Shown here piece after piece: positions 17,375 through 26,154 of a stretch of 42,518 nt of DNA (position 1 is its first letter; each line of letters opens with the position of its first letter). Source of the DNA: Klebsiella phage vB_KpnS_IME279. The stretch lies in sequence record MF614100.1, one strand, 5' to 3'. Below the pieces are notes generated by a model. That model did no database searches. It was given only the letters and a program-made list of their open reading frames with translations, and was not told the origin of the DNA. Both the position numbers and the translations under genes were made by a program.

Positions 17375-17614
17375 GTGGAGAATAAAGCCCAGCCCATGAC
17401 CGGGGCAGATATCAAAGGCTATCGCACATTAAGCGAAGGTGATAAGCAACAAATGAATCACCTTAAGGATGTAAGCCGACACTTTATTAACCTGCTGGAA
17501 ACGGCGAAAGAGTCTGGAGCGGATCTTCGCTGGATCGCTCGTGCGCGTACTGCAATGCAAGACGCTTGCATGTTCGGCTGTCGGGCGGTAGCGAAACCGG
17601 ACGATGATTGTTAA
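17375..17614 (+). CDS. Hypothetical protein, 79 aa
   Basis: Coupled to the HTH gene (TAACGTGGAG overlap). Last gene before the terminator. Confidence 0.55.
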   Translation: MENKAQPMTGADIKGYRTLSEGDKQQMNHLKDVSRHFINLLETAKESGADLRWIARARTAMQDACMFGCRAVAKPDDDC

Positions 17615-17627
17615 ACCAGAATCGAGA

Positions 17628-17651
17628 GACGAGAAAGGGGCCTAAGCGGCC
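17628..17651. terminator. Bidirectional terminator between the plus-strand operon and the tailspike gene
   Basis: GGGGCC-TAAGC-GGCCCC followed by T7. Confidence 0.8.
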
Positions 17652-17664
17652 CCTTTTTTTATGG

Positions 17665-20028
17665 CTACGGCCCGGAGGTGATACGCGGGCGCGTTACGAT
17701 CTGCTTGTACATCCTGATCTGAGTCTCCGCCGGGACTGCCGTCTGGATAGGGTCGGCAATGTCCACGACGATCGGCTTGCCCGTATCGTCCGGCGGCGTC
17801 TGGTACGGAGGACGGACGACCGTCGTAACGAGGTCAGCGCCACCAGCGCCAGCGCCGGGGATAACGATCCGCGTACCAGGGGACAGCATCGTGGTATAGA
17901 GCCACGGGGATCCGGTACTCGTGCCGTTAGGCGTCAGCCATTGGGTGATCGACTTCTGGCCGACACTGGCGGCGAGGATCTTCGCCTGGTTCCCGGTCGG
18001 GAAGTACGCGCCAGCCTCGACGACCAGATAAGGCTTAAGCCCTACGATCCCATTAGGCCCGCCCGCCGGGTCGTTGCTGCCATAGTCATAAGTCCAGACC
18101 AGATCGCCCCGGTCAAACTCGCGGCCACACGGGAAGAAATTACCATATCCGCCGTGGGAGGTGATATCAGGGAAAAACTGCTTAGACACTCCCCCCAGCA
18201 TGGCCCCCAGAGAGCCGTCAATATTGACGTACATCCGGGCCTCGACGTTACAGTTAATCATGTTGATATTGCTGTAACGGCATTTGCTCCACGCCTGCGT
18301 TACCGGGTTCAGGCTGTTCACGTTCATCATGTTCAGCACGGACTTAGTACGAATGTACTGGCCGGAGGAGGTGGTCCCGCCTGCGGAGTCGTCGCCGATC
18401 GCGTCCAGCTCCCAGAAATTCACGTTAAACATGTCGAGCTGAGTCGCCACGCCGAAGATCGTCAGCTTATAGCAGTCGATATTTTCCAGCTTAACGCGGT
18501 TGTCGTGCGGCGCACGGTTAACGCCTGCGGTCGGGTCGCCGGGGTCGGCTGCTACCGGGCAGTAAACGCGGCCAGTTTTCGTCTTAACGTTGCGGATCGT
18601 GTAGTTGCGCGGCGCGGACTGGCGAGGCGGTCCCCATTCCATATGGATGATTCGCAGATCGTGGACGTCGGTCGTCGCGTTGCCTACGGGTTCCCCGGTC
18701 ACGCCGTCGATCACGAAGTCTTTACAGCCCGACGTGTAGATCCCGGCGGTGGTGATGCCCGTCCCGATCGACTTGTTAACGTTCGGATTTACGCAAACAT
18801 TCTCGATCACGAAGTCGCGGCCCATTTCAACGTGAATACACTGTTTACAGTCATTAACGAGGACGTTACGGACGGTAAAGTTTCGCGCGTAGTTTTCATC
18901 AGGCAGATCCCAGCCGTAAGGGCCTTTCCCTGCGATACCGATCCCCAGGCCCCAGTTAGAGGCGAAGTTGCCGGGGTTAATCCCGTCGATGTTGTCGAGG
19001 AGGATATTCTCGATCACGCATCCATTTTCGAAACATTGATGGACCACGTTAAGCTCGATCCCGTCGCCCTGCATGTTGACGAAAGCGAGGTTGCGGAAGA
19101 TACCGCGCGACATAAACGCATTCCCGCCCTGGTGAATGATGCCGTTATAGCCATTGGTAAACAGACAGCCGTCGATCTCGATCGTGCCGAAAAGCTGCGG
19201 GCCGCCCGATTGTACGCCCTGGATGTTGATATGGCTGTTATTGCTGCCGCCGGGGATCCCGTCGTACCAGCAATCGAACATCCTCACGTCGCCGCCGTCA
19301 TGGCGCATACGGTGGCCGTTACGGCCATTAACGCCGCGTAGGGTGGTATTCTGACACCACATCGAACGACCGCGCCACGTACCGCCGATAACCTCACAAT
19401 TCACGAAGCGGGGATCATTGCCCGTCAGCGTCCAGTCACCGCCAAAAATGCGGATATTGGAGGCGGTCAGGATCCCGTTAGTGGTCCCCTTCCAGCCGTC
19501 CGCCCGGACGTCGAGGCCGTTCGCGCTGGCGTAGTCAAACATGGCCTGTAAAGCTGCCGTTACAGTTGCGTAAGGTGCTTTGCCGACGAAGTTCCACGGC
19601 GTCACGTAGCCGTTTAGCTGCTCCTGCACATTGCCGACGGGTGTCCCGACGTACTTCGCCCCGTTCTGGGACAGAAGCAAATTCCACATCTGGACGGGAT
19701 CATATTTAAAGAGATTGGAAAAGGTGAAGATCACGACGTCGTTTTGGTCTGCGACGACCATAGACGACTCAATTTTGGTGATCAGCTTGACCACTTGACC
19801 ATTCCAGACCGGGAAGCCTGCGACGTTCGTCCGCACGGGTTGCGGGATAGGCGTCAGGGTCCCGTCCTCGTTCTCGACGTAGACCTGGACCTGGTTCGCC
19901 GGATTCGTGGGATCCGTGTCGGCCTTTCCCGCGTAGATCTTCCCGTTCGCCAGCGCGGCGAAACGGTCGTTGCGAAAGAAAGGTTGCGACGGCATTCCCA
20001 GATTGGAAAAGACCTCAAGATCTGCCAT
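17665..20028 (-). CDS. Tailspike: P22 gp9-like N-terminal head-binding domain fused to a right-handed beta-helix polysaccharide-depolymerase-like domain
   Basis: N-terminus FFRNDRFAALANGKIYAGKADTDPTNPANQVQVYVENEDG matches the P22 tailspike head-binding domain. The remainder is rich in NxxG, Gly and Asn repeats typical of a beta-helix. Start chosen at MADLEV (GGAG SD); the longer start at 20040 lacks an SD. Confidence 0.9.
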   Translation of the reverse strand: MADLEVFSNLGMPSQPFFRNDRFAALANGKIYAGKADTDPTNPANQVQVYVENEDGTLTPIPQPVRTNVAGFPVWNGQVVKLITKIESSMVVADQNDVVIFTFSNLFKYDPVQMWNLLLSQNGAKYVGTPVGNVQEQLNGYVTPWNFVGKAPYATVTAALQAMFDYASANGLDVRADGWKGTTNGILTASNIRIFGGDWTLTGNDPRFVNCEVIGGTWRGRSMWCQNTTLRGVNGRNGHRMRHDGGDVRMFDCWYDGIPGGSNNSHINIQGVQSGGPQLFGTIEIDGCLFTNGYNGIIHQGGNAFMSRGIFRNLAFVNMQGDGIELNVVHQCFENGCVIENILLDNIDGINPGNFASNWGLGIGIAGKGPYGWDLPDENYARNFTVRNVLVNDCKQCIHVEMGRDFVIENVCVNPNVNKSIGTGITTAGIYTSGCKDFVIDGVTGEPVGNATTDVHDLRIIHMEWGPPRQSAPRNYTIRNVKTKTGRVYCPVAADPGDPTAGVNRAPHDNRVKLENIDCYKLTIFGVATQLDMFNVNFWELDAIGDDSAGGTTSSGQYIRTKSVLNMMNVNSLNPVTQAWSKCRYSNINMINCNVEARMYVNIDGSLGAMLGGVSKQFFPDITSHGGYGNFFPCGREFDRGDLVWTYDYGSNDPAGGPNGIVGLKPYLVVEAGAYFPTGNQAKILAASVGQKSITQWLTPNGTSTGSPWLYTTMLSPGTRIVIPGAGAGGADLVTTVVRPPYQTPPDDTGKPIVVDIADPIQTAVPAETQIRMYKQIVTRPRITSGP

Positions 20029-20067
20029 GTATCGCTCCATTGAAAAGGGGGCTTGTCGCCCCCGTTG

Positions 20068-23000
20068 TTATTGGTTTACCGCCTGCGGCGTCGTGCTGGC
20101 CGGAGCTGCTCCCGGTGCGGCGGCTGCACTTGCTCCGCTGCCGGAGAAGTACCCCACGATCCCCGCCCGGTTAACTGCGGCTTGCTCCTCCGGGGACATT
20201 GCCGCGAAAAGCTCACGCCACTGGGCGGAATTTGCCATTTCTCGCTCGGCCTCGGTCACAAAGCGACGGCCCGCCGGGGAGAGGCGTCCGCTACTCTGAG
20301 CCGCTGCGGCCTGCATAAGTTTATTAAATGCGCCGCTAGAAAGCACGTTATCAGCAAGGACCGATCGAGGGACTCGGTTAGCACGGGCGATCCCCTGAGC
20401 TGCGGAGAGGGCGGCGTTAGCTGCCGGGCCTCCAGCCAGATAGGCGGCGGTATGCTTGCCGATCCACCCAGCCGCGCCGTAGAGCTTGGACAGCGGGCCG
20501 CCAGCTCCAGGATCGTCGAAGCGCTTCACGAAGTCATTGATCGCCCCGGTGGTCGTGGTCAGACGCTTGGCGCGATCGATACCCTGAGCCACGCGGTAAA
20601 TCTGCATAAAGCGGACGCGCTGCTCTCGCGGTAAATGCTTCATAACGTTACCCAGAGTGCCGTTAGCCTGCGCGGTCTTGTACCAGTCAACGAAGCCCGG
20701 CAAAGCGAAGGTATCGCGCGCGCTACGCGCGCCCAGAGTACGCTCCAGCGCGTTAGCCACTACCTCGCCTTTGAGGCTCTCCGGGGTGGCCGCCATCAGT
20801 CGATCCCAGTCGCGGGCGTTGCCGCCTTTTTTGCCCAGGTTGAGGATCGCCGTCTGCACCTTGCCAGTGATCGAGCCGTCGAGGTTCTCGCCCAGCGTTT
20901 TCATTGCGATCGTTTCCAGGTCCTTACGACGCTTAACGAGCTGTTTCCCCACGTTCCAGTCGTCCGCCGCGCCATACTGGGCCGCGACTCGCTCCTGGTC
21001 GTCAGTAAGGCGCGCATAAAGCCGCGCGAGCTGCGCCGGGGTTTCGTCCTTAAATACGCCTTGCTTCTGGTTCAGCGCCTGGCCCACCTGCTTACGCAAC
21101 GTATCAATGCGCGCATAGGTCGGCGTAGTCGATACGGCCTGATCAGGTAAGCCAGTGACCGGATCCACCTTGCCGGGCTTCGGAGCCATCCAGTCGAGCG
21201 CCTTACGCTCTGCGGCGGACATATACGCCTCGCCGCCCAGCTCGTCCGCGCGCGCCGTCAGATAATCGACGGTGCTCGTCGGGTTAACGGGCGCATTGTT
21301 CGGGATCTTCGCGCCGATCTTGTTGTAAACATCATCGGCCTGTTTCCCCAGATCGTCGATAATGGCGCGGGTGCGGGTCGTGAATGCCTGATCCAGCGTC
21401 TGCGCGTTCATGCTCCCCATGCTGTCGATCAGCTCGTCCGCTTTCCCGGCCAGACGTCCGATCCCTTCGAGCTGCTGAGTCTCCAGGTTAGAGCCTTTGC
21501 GGCTGGCGAGCTGCTGGACCGTCATACGAAATTCAGGATCCCGCGCATACGCCGCCGGGGTGAGAGAATCGGCGATCCCCAGCTCCTGAGCGGCGCGCAT
21601 AACCTTGCGATCGACGTCGGCCATGTTGGCAAGATCCATCATGTCCTCGGACGCCTTGAGCGGCTGGCCTGCCGGACTTACGACGGGCTGGCCGTTCTCG
21701 CCTGCTACCTGTCGGTCCGGCGTCAGCCTAAACTTGCTCTGGTCACGGGCCACAGCGTCGGAAATTCCCGCCTCCGTCGTGGGCGGAATATCCCCGGCTC
21801 CACGGCCAGCGGCTGCGCCAGCATCGCCAGCCCCTGCACCAGCGGCCCCCAGGTCCTCCCAGACGCCCTTAGCCGTATTCCACAGCTTACTCCCCCCACC
21901 AATGACAGCACGGCCCAGCGCCTCACCTGCGGGCGCTAGTGCGATGTTCGTCAGCGTCTCCTCCGGGTCGCCACGGCCAGCCGCGATAGATCCGGGAACG
22001 GCACGAGCCGCCGGAGCTGCGATCCACTTCTGGATCCCGTCTGCGACGCGGGTTAATACGCCCGCCGCCTCCGGGCTGGCGCGCTCTGCGAGTCCCATCA
22101 GCTCCGTAGCTGCTTTGGCCTTACCTGCGGACGGCAACGGCGCGAGGAGGTCCCCGATCAGGGTCCCGATCTGCGCGTATTTGTCGGTAGGCGGTTCGAA
22201 GCCGGGGATCGTCCCCGGCGGGATGTTCGGCGCTTGCGTGTCCTGGTCAACGATACCCAGCGACTTACCCGCATCCGTGGCCGCGTTGGAAACCATATTG
22301 ACCAGCGAGATCGGCGTGTTGAGGAGGTCGATCCCGGTCTGGACGATACCGCGCCCGCCCTGGTCGAGAGCGTGGAGCGCGGTCTGGCCTAACTGTTCCC
22401 AGTTTTGGGCTGCTTGTTCGTTGGGATCGACGGATCCAGGGGCCTGTCCGGCTTGATCAGCGCTGCCCGGCTCTCCGTTACCGTTCGGCGCTGCCGCCCC
22501 TCGTGCGACATTAGATCCCGCTTGATTAGGTACATTGCCAGCGGGGACGGCTGCGACTTGCTGATCGGCCCCTCCGGCTCCGGCGGTTGCGCCATTTTCT
22601 CCAGCTCCGGCGGTAAAGGTTCCTGCTTCGTCGAACTGGTCGAAAAAGTTACCAGAAGATTTAGAGCCATTCCGGCGGGCGCTGGTTGCGCGCTGAATAG
22701 GTTCGCCGCTATCGCCAGCCCCTCGACCAGTCCACTCGTTAAAACGTTCATCCACATATTGACGCCCCTCCGGGCCGGGGGTTGCCTGGCCCGCCAGTTG
22801 TTTGTCTACGTTGCCGGGGCCGTCGTGGTAAGCCTGGAGCGCAAGGCCCCAGTCTCCGTAGCGCTGGTACATCTGGGACAGGTACTGCGCCCCGGCGTCA
22901 GCCTGGAGCGCCGGATCGCTTTTGAGGGCGTTCCAGTCGTAACCCATATCCTCCGCCGTGCCTTTCATGACCTGCGTTAAACCGTGCGCGCCTTTGCTGG

Positions 23001-23211
23001 AGACGGCGGACGTAGGATCCGCCGTGCCGCCCGTTTCCTTGCTCGCGAGTGCCGTCATGATGCCAGCGGGTAGGCCCCATCGTGCCCCGGCGCTCTCCAG
23101 TAAATCAGAATACCCGCCGCCAGACGATCCCGCTTGCGAAGGAATCTGATTAGGGAGCGCCGTCGCATTTTTAGGCATGTTCTGATCAAACTGGTCGAAG
23201 AAATTCGCCAT
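20068..23211 (-). CDS. Internal virion/ejection protein with an N-terminal lytic transglycosylase (SLT) domain
   Basis: ASKETGGTADPTSAVSSKGAHGLTQVM plus AYHDGPGNV SLT motifs, then a long Ala/Gly/Gln-rich region. Occupies the position of P22 gp16. Confidence 0.85.
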   Translation of the reverse strand: MANFFDQFDQNMPKNATALPNQIPSQAGSSGGGYSDLLESAGARWGLPAGIMTALASKETGGTADPTSAVSSKGAHGLTQVMKGTAEDMGYDWNALKSDPALQADAGAQYLSQMYQRYGDWGLALQAYHDGPGNVDKQLAGQATPGPEGRQYVDERFNEWTGRGAGDSGEPIQRATSARRNGSKSSGNFFDQFDEAGTFTAGAGENGATAGAGGADQQVAAVPAGNVPNQAGSNVARGAAAPNGNGEPGSADQAGQAPGSVDPNEQAAQNWEQLGQTALHALDQGGRGIVQTGIDLLNTPISLVNMVSNAATDAGKSLGIVDQDTQAPNIPPGTIPGFEPPTDKYAQIGTLIGDLLAPLPSAGKAKAATELMGLAERASPEAAGVLTRVADGIQKWIAAPAARAVPGSIAAGRGDPEETLTNIALAPAGEALGRAVIGGGSKLWNTAKGVWEDLGAAGAGAGDAGAAAGRGAGDIPPTTEAGISDAVARDQSKFRLTPDRQVAGENGQPVVSPAGQPLKASEDMMDLANMADVDRKVMRAAQELGIADSLTPAAYARDPEFRMTVQQLASRKGSNLETQQLEGIGRLAGKADELIDSMGSMNAQTLDQAFTTRTRAIIDDLGKQADDVYNKIGAKIPNNAPVNPTSTVDYLTARADELGGEAYMSAAERKALDWMAPKPGKVDPVTGLPDQAVSTTPTYARIDTLRKQVGQALNQKQGVFKDETPAQLARLYARLTDDQERVAAQYGAADDWNVGKQLVKRRKDLETIAMKTLGENLDGSITGKVQTAILNLGKKGGNARDWDRLMAATPESLKGEVVANALERTLGARSARDTFALPGFVDWYKTAQANGTLGNVMKHLPREQRVRFMQIYRVAQGIDRAKRLTTTTGAINDFVKRFDDPGAGGPLSKLYGAAGWIGKHTAAYLAGGPAANAALSAAQGIARANRVPRSVLADNVLSSGAFNKLMQAAAAQSSGRLSPAGRRFVTEAEREMANSAQWRELFAAMSPEEQAAVNRAGIVGYFSGSGASAAAAPGAAPASTTPQAVNQ

Positions 23212-24528
23212 TTAAAGCCCCTCCGGTAAAAATCCGAATTTTGCCTTAAATTGCTCTTTACGGGTAGGGGTAGGCTCCGCATAAAGTGCGTCGATCGCCG
23301 CCTGCGCATTTTGAACGGGCATCCCCCCAGCCGAAAGCTGGCCGACTGCTGCCGTCTTGTTGTCGTCGATCGCAATGTCGCGCTTGTACGCTTCGACGCG
23401 CCCGCCCTGCGACTTCTCGATCGCGTCCTTGCCTTTGCTGAGGGCGTCAACGTAGCGCTGCATGACGTCTTTAAGCTGCTGCTCGCTCATGGTTTTAGGG
23501 TCGGCATTAATCAGCGCCTGAGCTGCGGCGCGGCCCTCCTGCTCGGTTACGGGTCCAGTACCGCGCAAAGCCTGAATACCCGCGACGCGGGCCTGGTCTT
23601 TCATCTGGTTAAGCTGGTTCATGATTTCCGCCGTAGCGTCACCCCCACCAGTGGCCGCACTCCATGCCCTGTTACCCAGACCATTGATCCCGGTCACGAA
23701 GCCCAGATCCTTACGCTGCAAAAGGCGGTTAGCCTGGTCGATCGCGGTATCGATCGGCGCGAGCGTGGTCTGGTACGTCTGGAGAAAGTCGCGTTTCGTG
23801 TTGAGCTGGTCGGCCTGCATCTTGCTTTGTTGCTGGACCAGTTTCGAGCGCTCAATGTCGTTTTTCTCCTGCGCGATCCGGGTGTTAAGTCGCTCGTTCT
23901 GGAGGCCAATATAGCGGAGGTTTCGGTCCGCCGCGTTGCTGGCCGCCGTGAGATCCTGCCCCCTGATCGTGGTCTGGTTTTTCATCGTCTCTTTGGCGTA
24001 GTCCAGTTGGTCCTTGCTGGTATTGCTCGCCAGGTGGAGCGCCTGCACGGAGCGACGGAAGCCGTCCGGGTCGGTCGCTGCGGCCTGATAGGCTTTCTGC
24101 GGGTCGATACCCAGCGCCTTAAGCGCGTCCGCGTTCTGCTGGACAAACTGCTGGGCCTGCTCCGGCCCCTGCGAGAGAGCGACGTCCGCCTGGCTGGCGA
24201 GCTGCGCGCCCTGCTGCTGGCGGATCCCGTCCATCATGCCCAGGCGCTTTTGGAGCGCCTCGATCTGGTTCGGGTACTTGTACGCCAGCGCCTGCAATTT
24301 CGACGGATCACCCTGCGCGGCCTGCCAGTCAACATTGAATTGCTTCATTTGCTCCTGTTGCTGCTGGGCGGCCTGCATTGCCATTCCCTGCTGTCGGTTC
24401 TGGATCGCCGCTGCGGTGTTCTGCTGGATCTGGCCGTAGTTGTTTAGCGTGTCCTGCGCGCCCTGCTGAATGATCCCGATATTCTGCGCGAAGGATCCAA
24501 CGTTGGGATCAGTGCCGAAAATAGCCAT
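23212..24528 (-). CDS. Ejection protein, gp20-like by position, Gln-rich
   Basis: 438-aa Gln/Ala-rich coiled-coil protein between the gp7-like and gp16-like genes. Confidence 0.65.
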   Translation of the reverse strand: MAIFGTDPNVGSFAQNIGIIQQGAQDTLNNYGQIQQNTAAAIQNRQQGMAMQAAQQQQEQMKQFNVDWQAAQGDPSKLQALAYKYPNQIEALQKRLGMMDGIRQQQGAQLASQADVALSQGPEQAQQFVQQNADALKALGIDPQKAYQAAATDPDGFRRSVQALHLASNTSKDQLDYAKETMKNQTTIRGQDLTAASNAADRNLRYIGLQNERLNTRIAQEKNDIERSKLVQQQSKMQADQLNTKRDFLQTYQTTLAPIDTAIDQANRLLQRKDLGFVTGINGLGNRAWSAATGGGDATAEIMNQLNQMKDQARVAGIQALRGTGPVTEQEGRAAAQALINADPKTMSEQQLKDVMQRYVDALSKGKDAIEKSQGGRVEAYKRDIAIDDNKTAAVGQLSAGGMPVQNAQAAIDALYAEPTPTRKEQFKAKFGFLPEGL

Positions 24529-25190
24529 TAGATAAAGCTCCCGAACATATTACCGAACATGGAGGCCCCGGTGTTCATATCCTGCGCCACGCCCTGGTTA
24601 AGCGCGTTCTGGCTGTAGCCTGCCACCTGCCACGGCAAGGCCGCTTTAGCCGCGTTTACGTTGCCTTTCTGGCCCTGTAGCGCGTTAAGGGCGTTGGTCC
24701 CTTGTGCCGCTGCTGCGGACTGCGCGCCAGCGCCGGACAGGCCCACGTTAACCAGGCCCATAAGCTGGTTATACATGTCTTGCTGCTGCGCCGTCATTTG
24801 CGCGAGGTAGTTCTGGCCCAGCGTCGGCGCGATGGTGGTCAGGGAGTTGGCCGTGGCCGCCCCGCCTAAGTTGCCCGTAGCCTCTGCGCTGGCTAACAGG
24901 GAGTTACGCGCCTGGCCCTCGGCCATCTTGTACTCGTTGCCGTTGTAATACTGCTGGAGCGTTTTCTCCCGATCGATCGGCTGGCCCGCCAGTGCGATCA
25001 GGTCAGGGAGTGCGCCCGTCCCTGCTTCACGGAAAGGCGAGAGCCACGCGTCCTGTCGGTTCATCAGGTCGCGCTGCCAGTCCATCTGTTTATCGAGGCT
25101 CTTTTGTTGCTGCTTTGCCGCCTTATTAGCGCCAATGCCGCCTAAGATGCCTCCGACGGCGTTACCGACGCCGCTAACAATTCCGCCCAT
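24528..25190 (-). CDS. Ejection protein, gp7-like by position, Gly-rich N-terminus
   Basis: MGGIVSGVGNAVGGILGGIG N-terminus, Gln-rich body. SD GAGGAGG. Confidence 0.6.
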   Translation of the reverse strand: MGGIVSGVGNAVGGILGGIGANKAAKQQQKSLDKQMDWQRDLMNRQDAWLSPFREAGTGALPDLIALAGQPIDREKTLQQYYNGNEYKMAEGQARNSLLASAEATGNLGGAATANSLTTIAPTLGQNYLAQMTAQQQDMYNQLMGLVNVGLSGAGAQSAAAAQGTNALNALQGQKGNVNAAKAALPWQVAGYSQNALNQGVAQDMNTGASMFGNMFGSFI

Positions 25191-25569
25191 TGGGTGGCCT
25201 CCTCATGAAAATCATTTGCACTTTTTGCCCGGTGATCAATTCTACTTGCTGCGGGTCGCTTTCAACAAATCCAAAGCGGCGCAAACAATTTCGGACGCCC
25301 TCGTGACCTGGGAGGATCGGCGCTCGGATCGGGACGCTGCCAAACTTCGCCATAAAGTCCGCCAGCGCCTCCCTAACGTACTTTCGGAAGCCGGGACGCA
25401 TTGCCATATGCCCGTCCAGACCGCCCTCCTCGTTGGCGTTGATGGCGAATATGCCGCACTCTCCCCATAGCCAGTAAGTGCATACATCGTTTTCCGGCCA
25501 TTCAGGGACGCCCCACGCTCGCATAAGGGCCGCGCCGTAGTCCTCCGGGGTCTGCCTTAAGCCGATCAC
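25174..25569 (-). CDS. Putative ejection protein, gp14-like by position
   Basis: 131-aa ORF between the needle and gp7-like genes. 17-nt overlap with the downstream gene. Confidence 0.5.
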   Translation of the reverse strand: MIGLRQTPEDYGAALMRAWGVPEWPENDVCTYWLWGECGIFAINANEEGGLDGHMAMRPGFRKYVREALADFMAKFGSVPIRAPILPGHEGVRNCLRRFGFVESDPQQVELITGQKVQMIFMRRPPNGRNC

Positions 25570-26144
25570 GTCCCGGCCATCCCGTGCGACATAACGAGCG
25601 CCACCAGCGCCGCGATCACCTGGCGAGCCTCCACCAGCCCGTCCGCGAGCGCCTGGATCTCCGCTTGCGAGTACGTCGCCCCGGCGGCGTAAGCCGCGTT
25701 ACCATTGATCGCCCCCTTTTTTAGCGCCCCGGTCGGGGACGTCCAGCCCGTTTGACGGCCTCCCATTACCTTGATGTTGTTCACGCGGATCTCGGTCCCG
25801 ATCGAGAGAGGTCCGTCCATTACCTGGAGCGCGTCCTCATTTAGTTTAACTACGTTATTATTAATGGTGATAATGGAGCCGTTAAGGTTATCGATCTCGC
25901 CGTTAATCTGGGAGATCTGGCCCTGCTGGTCGGTCAGCGCGGCGTCCTGCTGGTCGTTGCGGATCCTTTGCTGCTCTGCGACCTGAAACGCGTCGGAGGC
26001 ATCACTCCCGGCCTGATCTGCGGCGCTGCCTGCGCTGGCAGTAACTCCCCCCAGGCGGGTAAGCCAGTCCTTAAAAGCGACGGACGTCCCCGGCGGGAGG
26101 CTGCTTAAGTTGAGCTGCTGGATAAGGAATTTAGTATCAGCCAT
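25566..26144 (-). CDS. Tail needle, P22 gp26-like
   Basis: Coiled-coil heptads. C-terminal GGRQTGWTSPTGALKKG...TYSQAEIQALADGLVEARQ matches gp26 GARQTGWTAATGTANKG...TYTQTEIQAIANALITERR. Confidence 0.8.
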   Translation of the reverse strand: MADTKFLIQQLNLSSLPPGTSVAFKDWLTRLGGVTASAGSAADQAGSDASDAFQVAEQQRIRNDQQDAALTDQQGQISQINGEIDNLNGSIITINNNVVKLNEDALQVMDGPLSIGTEIRVNNIKVMGGRQTGWTSPTGALKKGAINGNAAYAAGATYSQAEIQALADGLVEARQVIAALVALVMSHGMAGT

Positions 26145-26154
26145 GAGGCCCCCA

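Noticed and set aside
17608-19341. Long antisense ORFs: 577 aa opposite the tailspike; also 11691-12761 (356 aa), 23251-24447 (398 aa), 28809-30002 (397 aa), 38742-39710 (322 aa)
   Set aside because: Shadow ORFs typical of GC-rich DNA. They lie antisense to genes with clear homology, have Arg/Ala/Gly-rich low-complexity translations and lack SD sequences.
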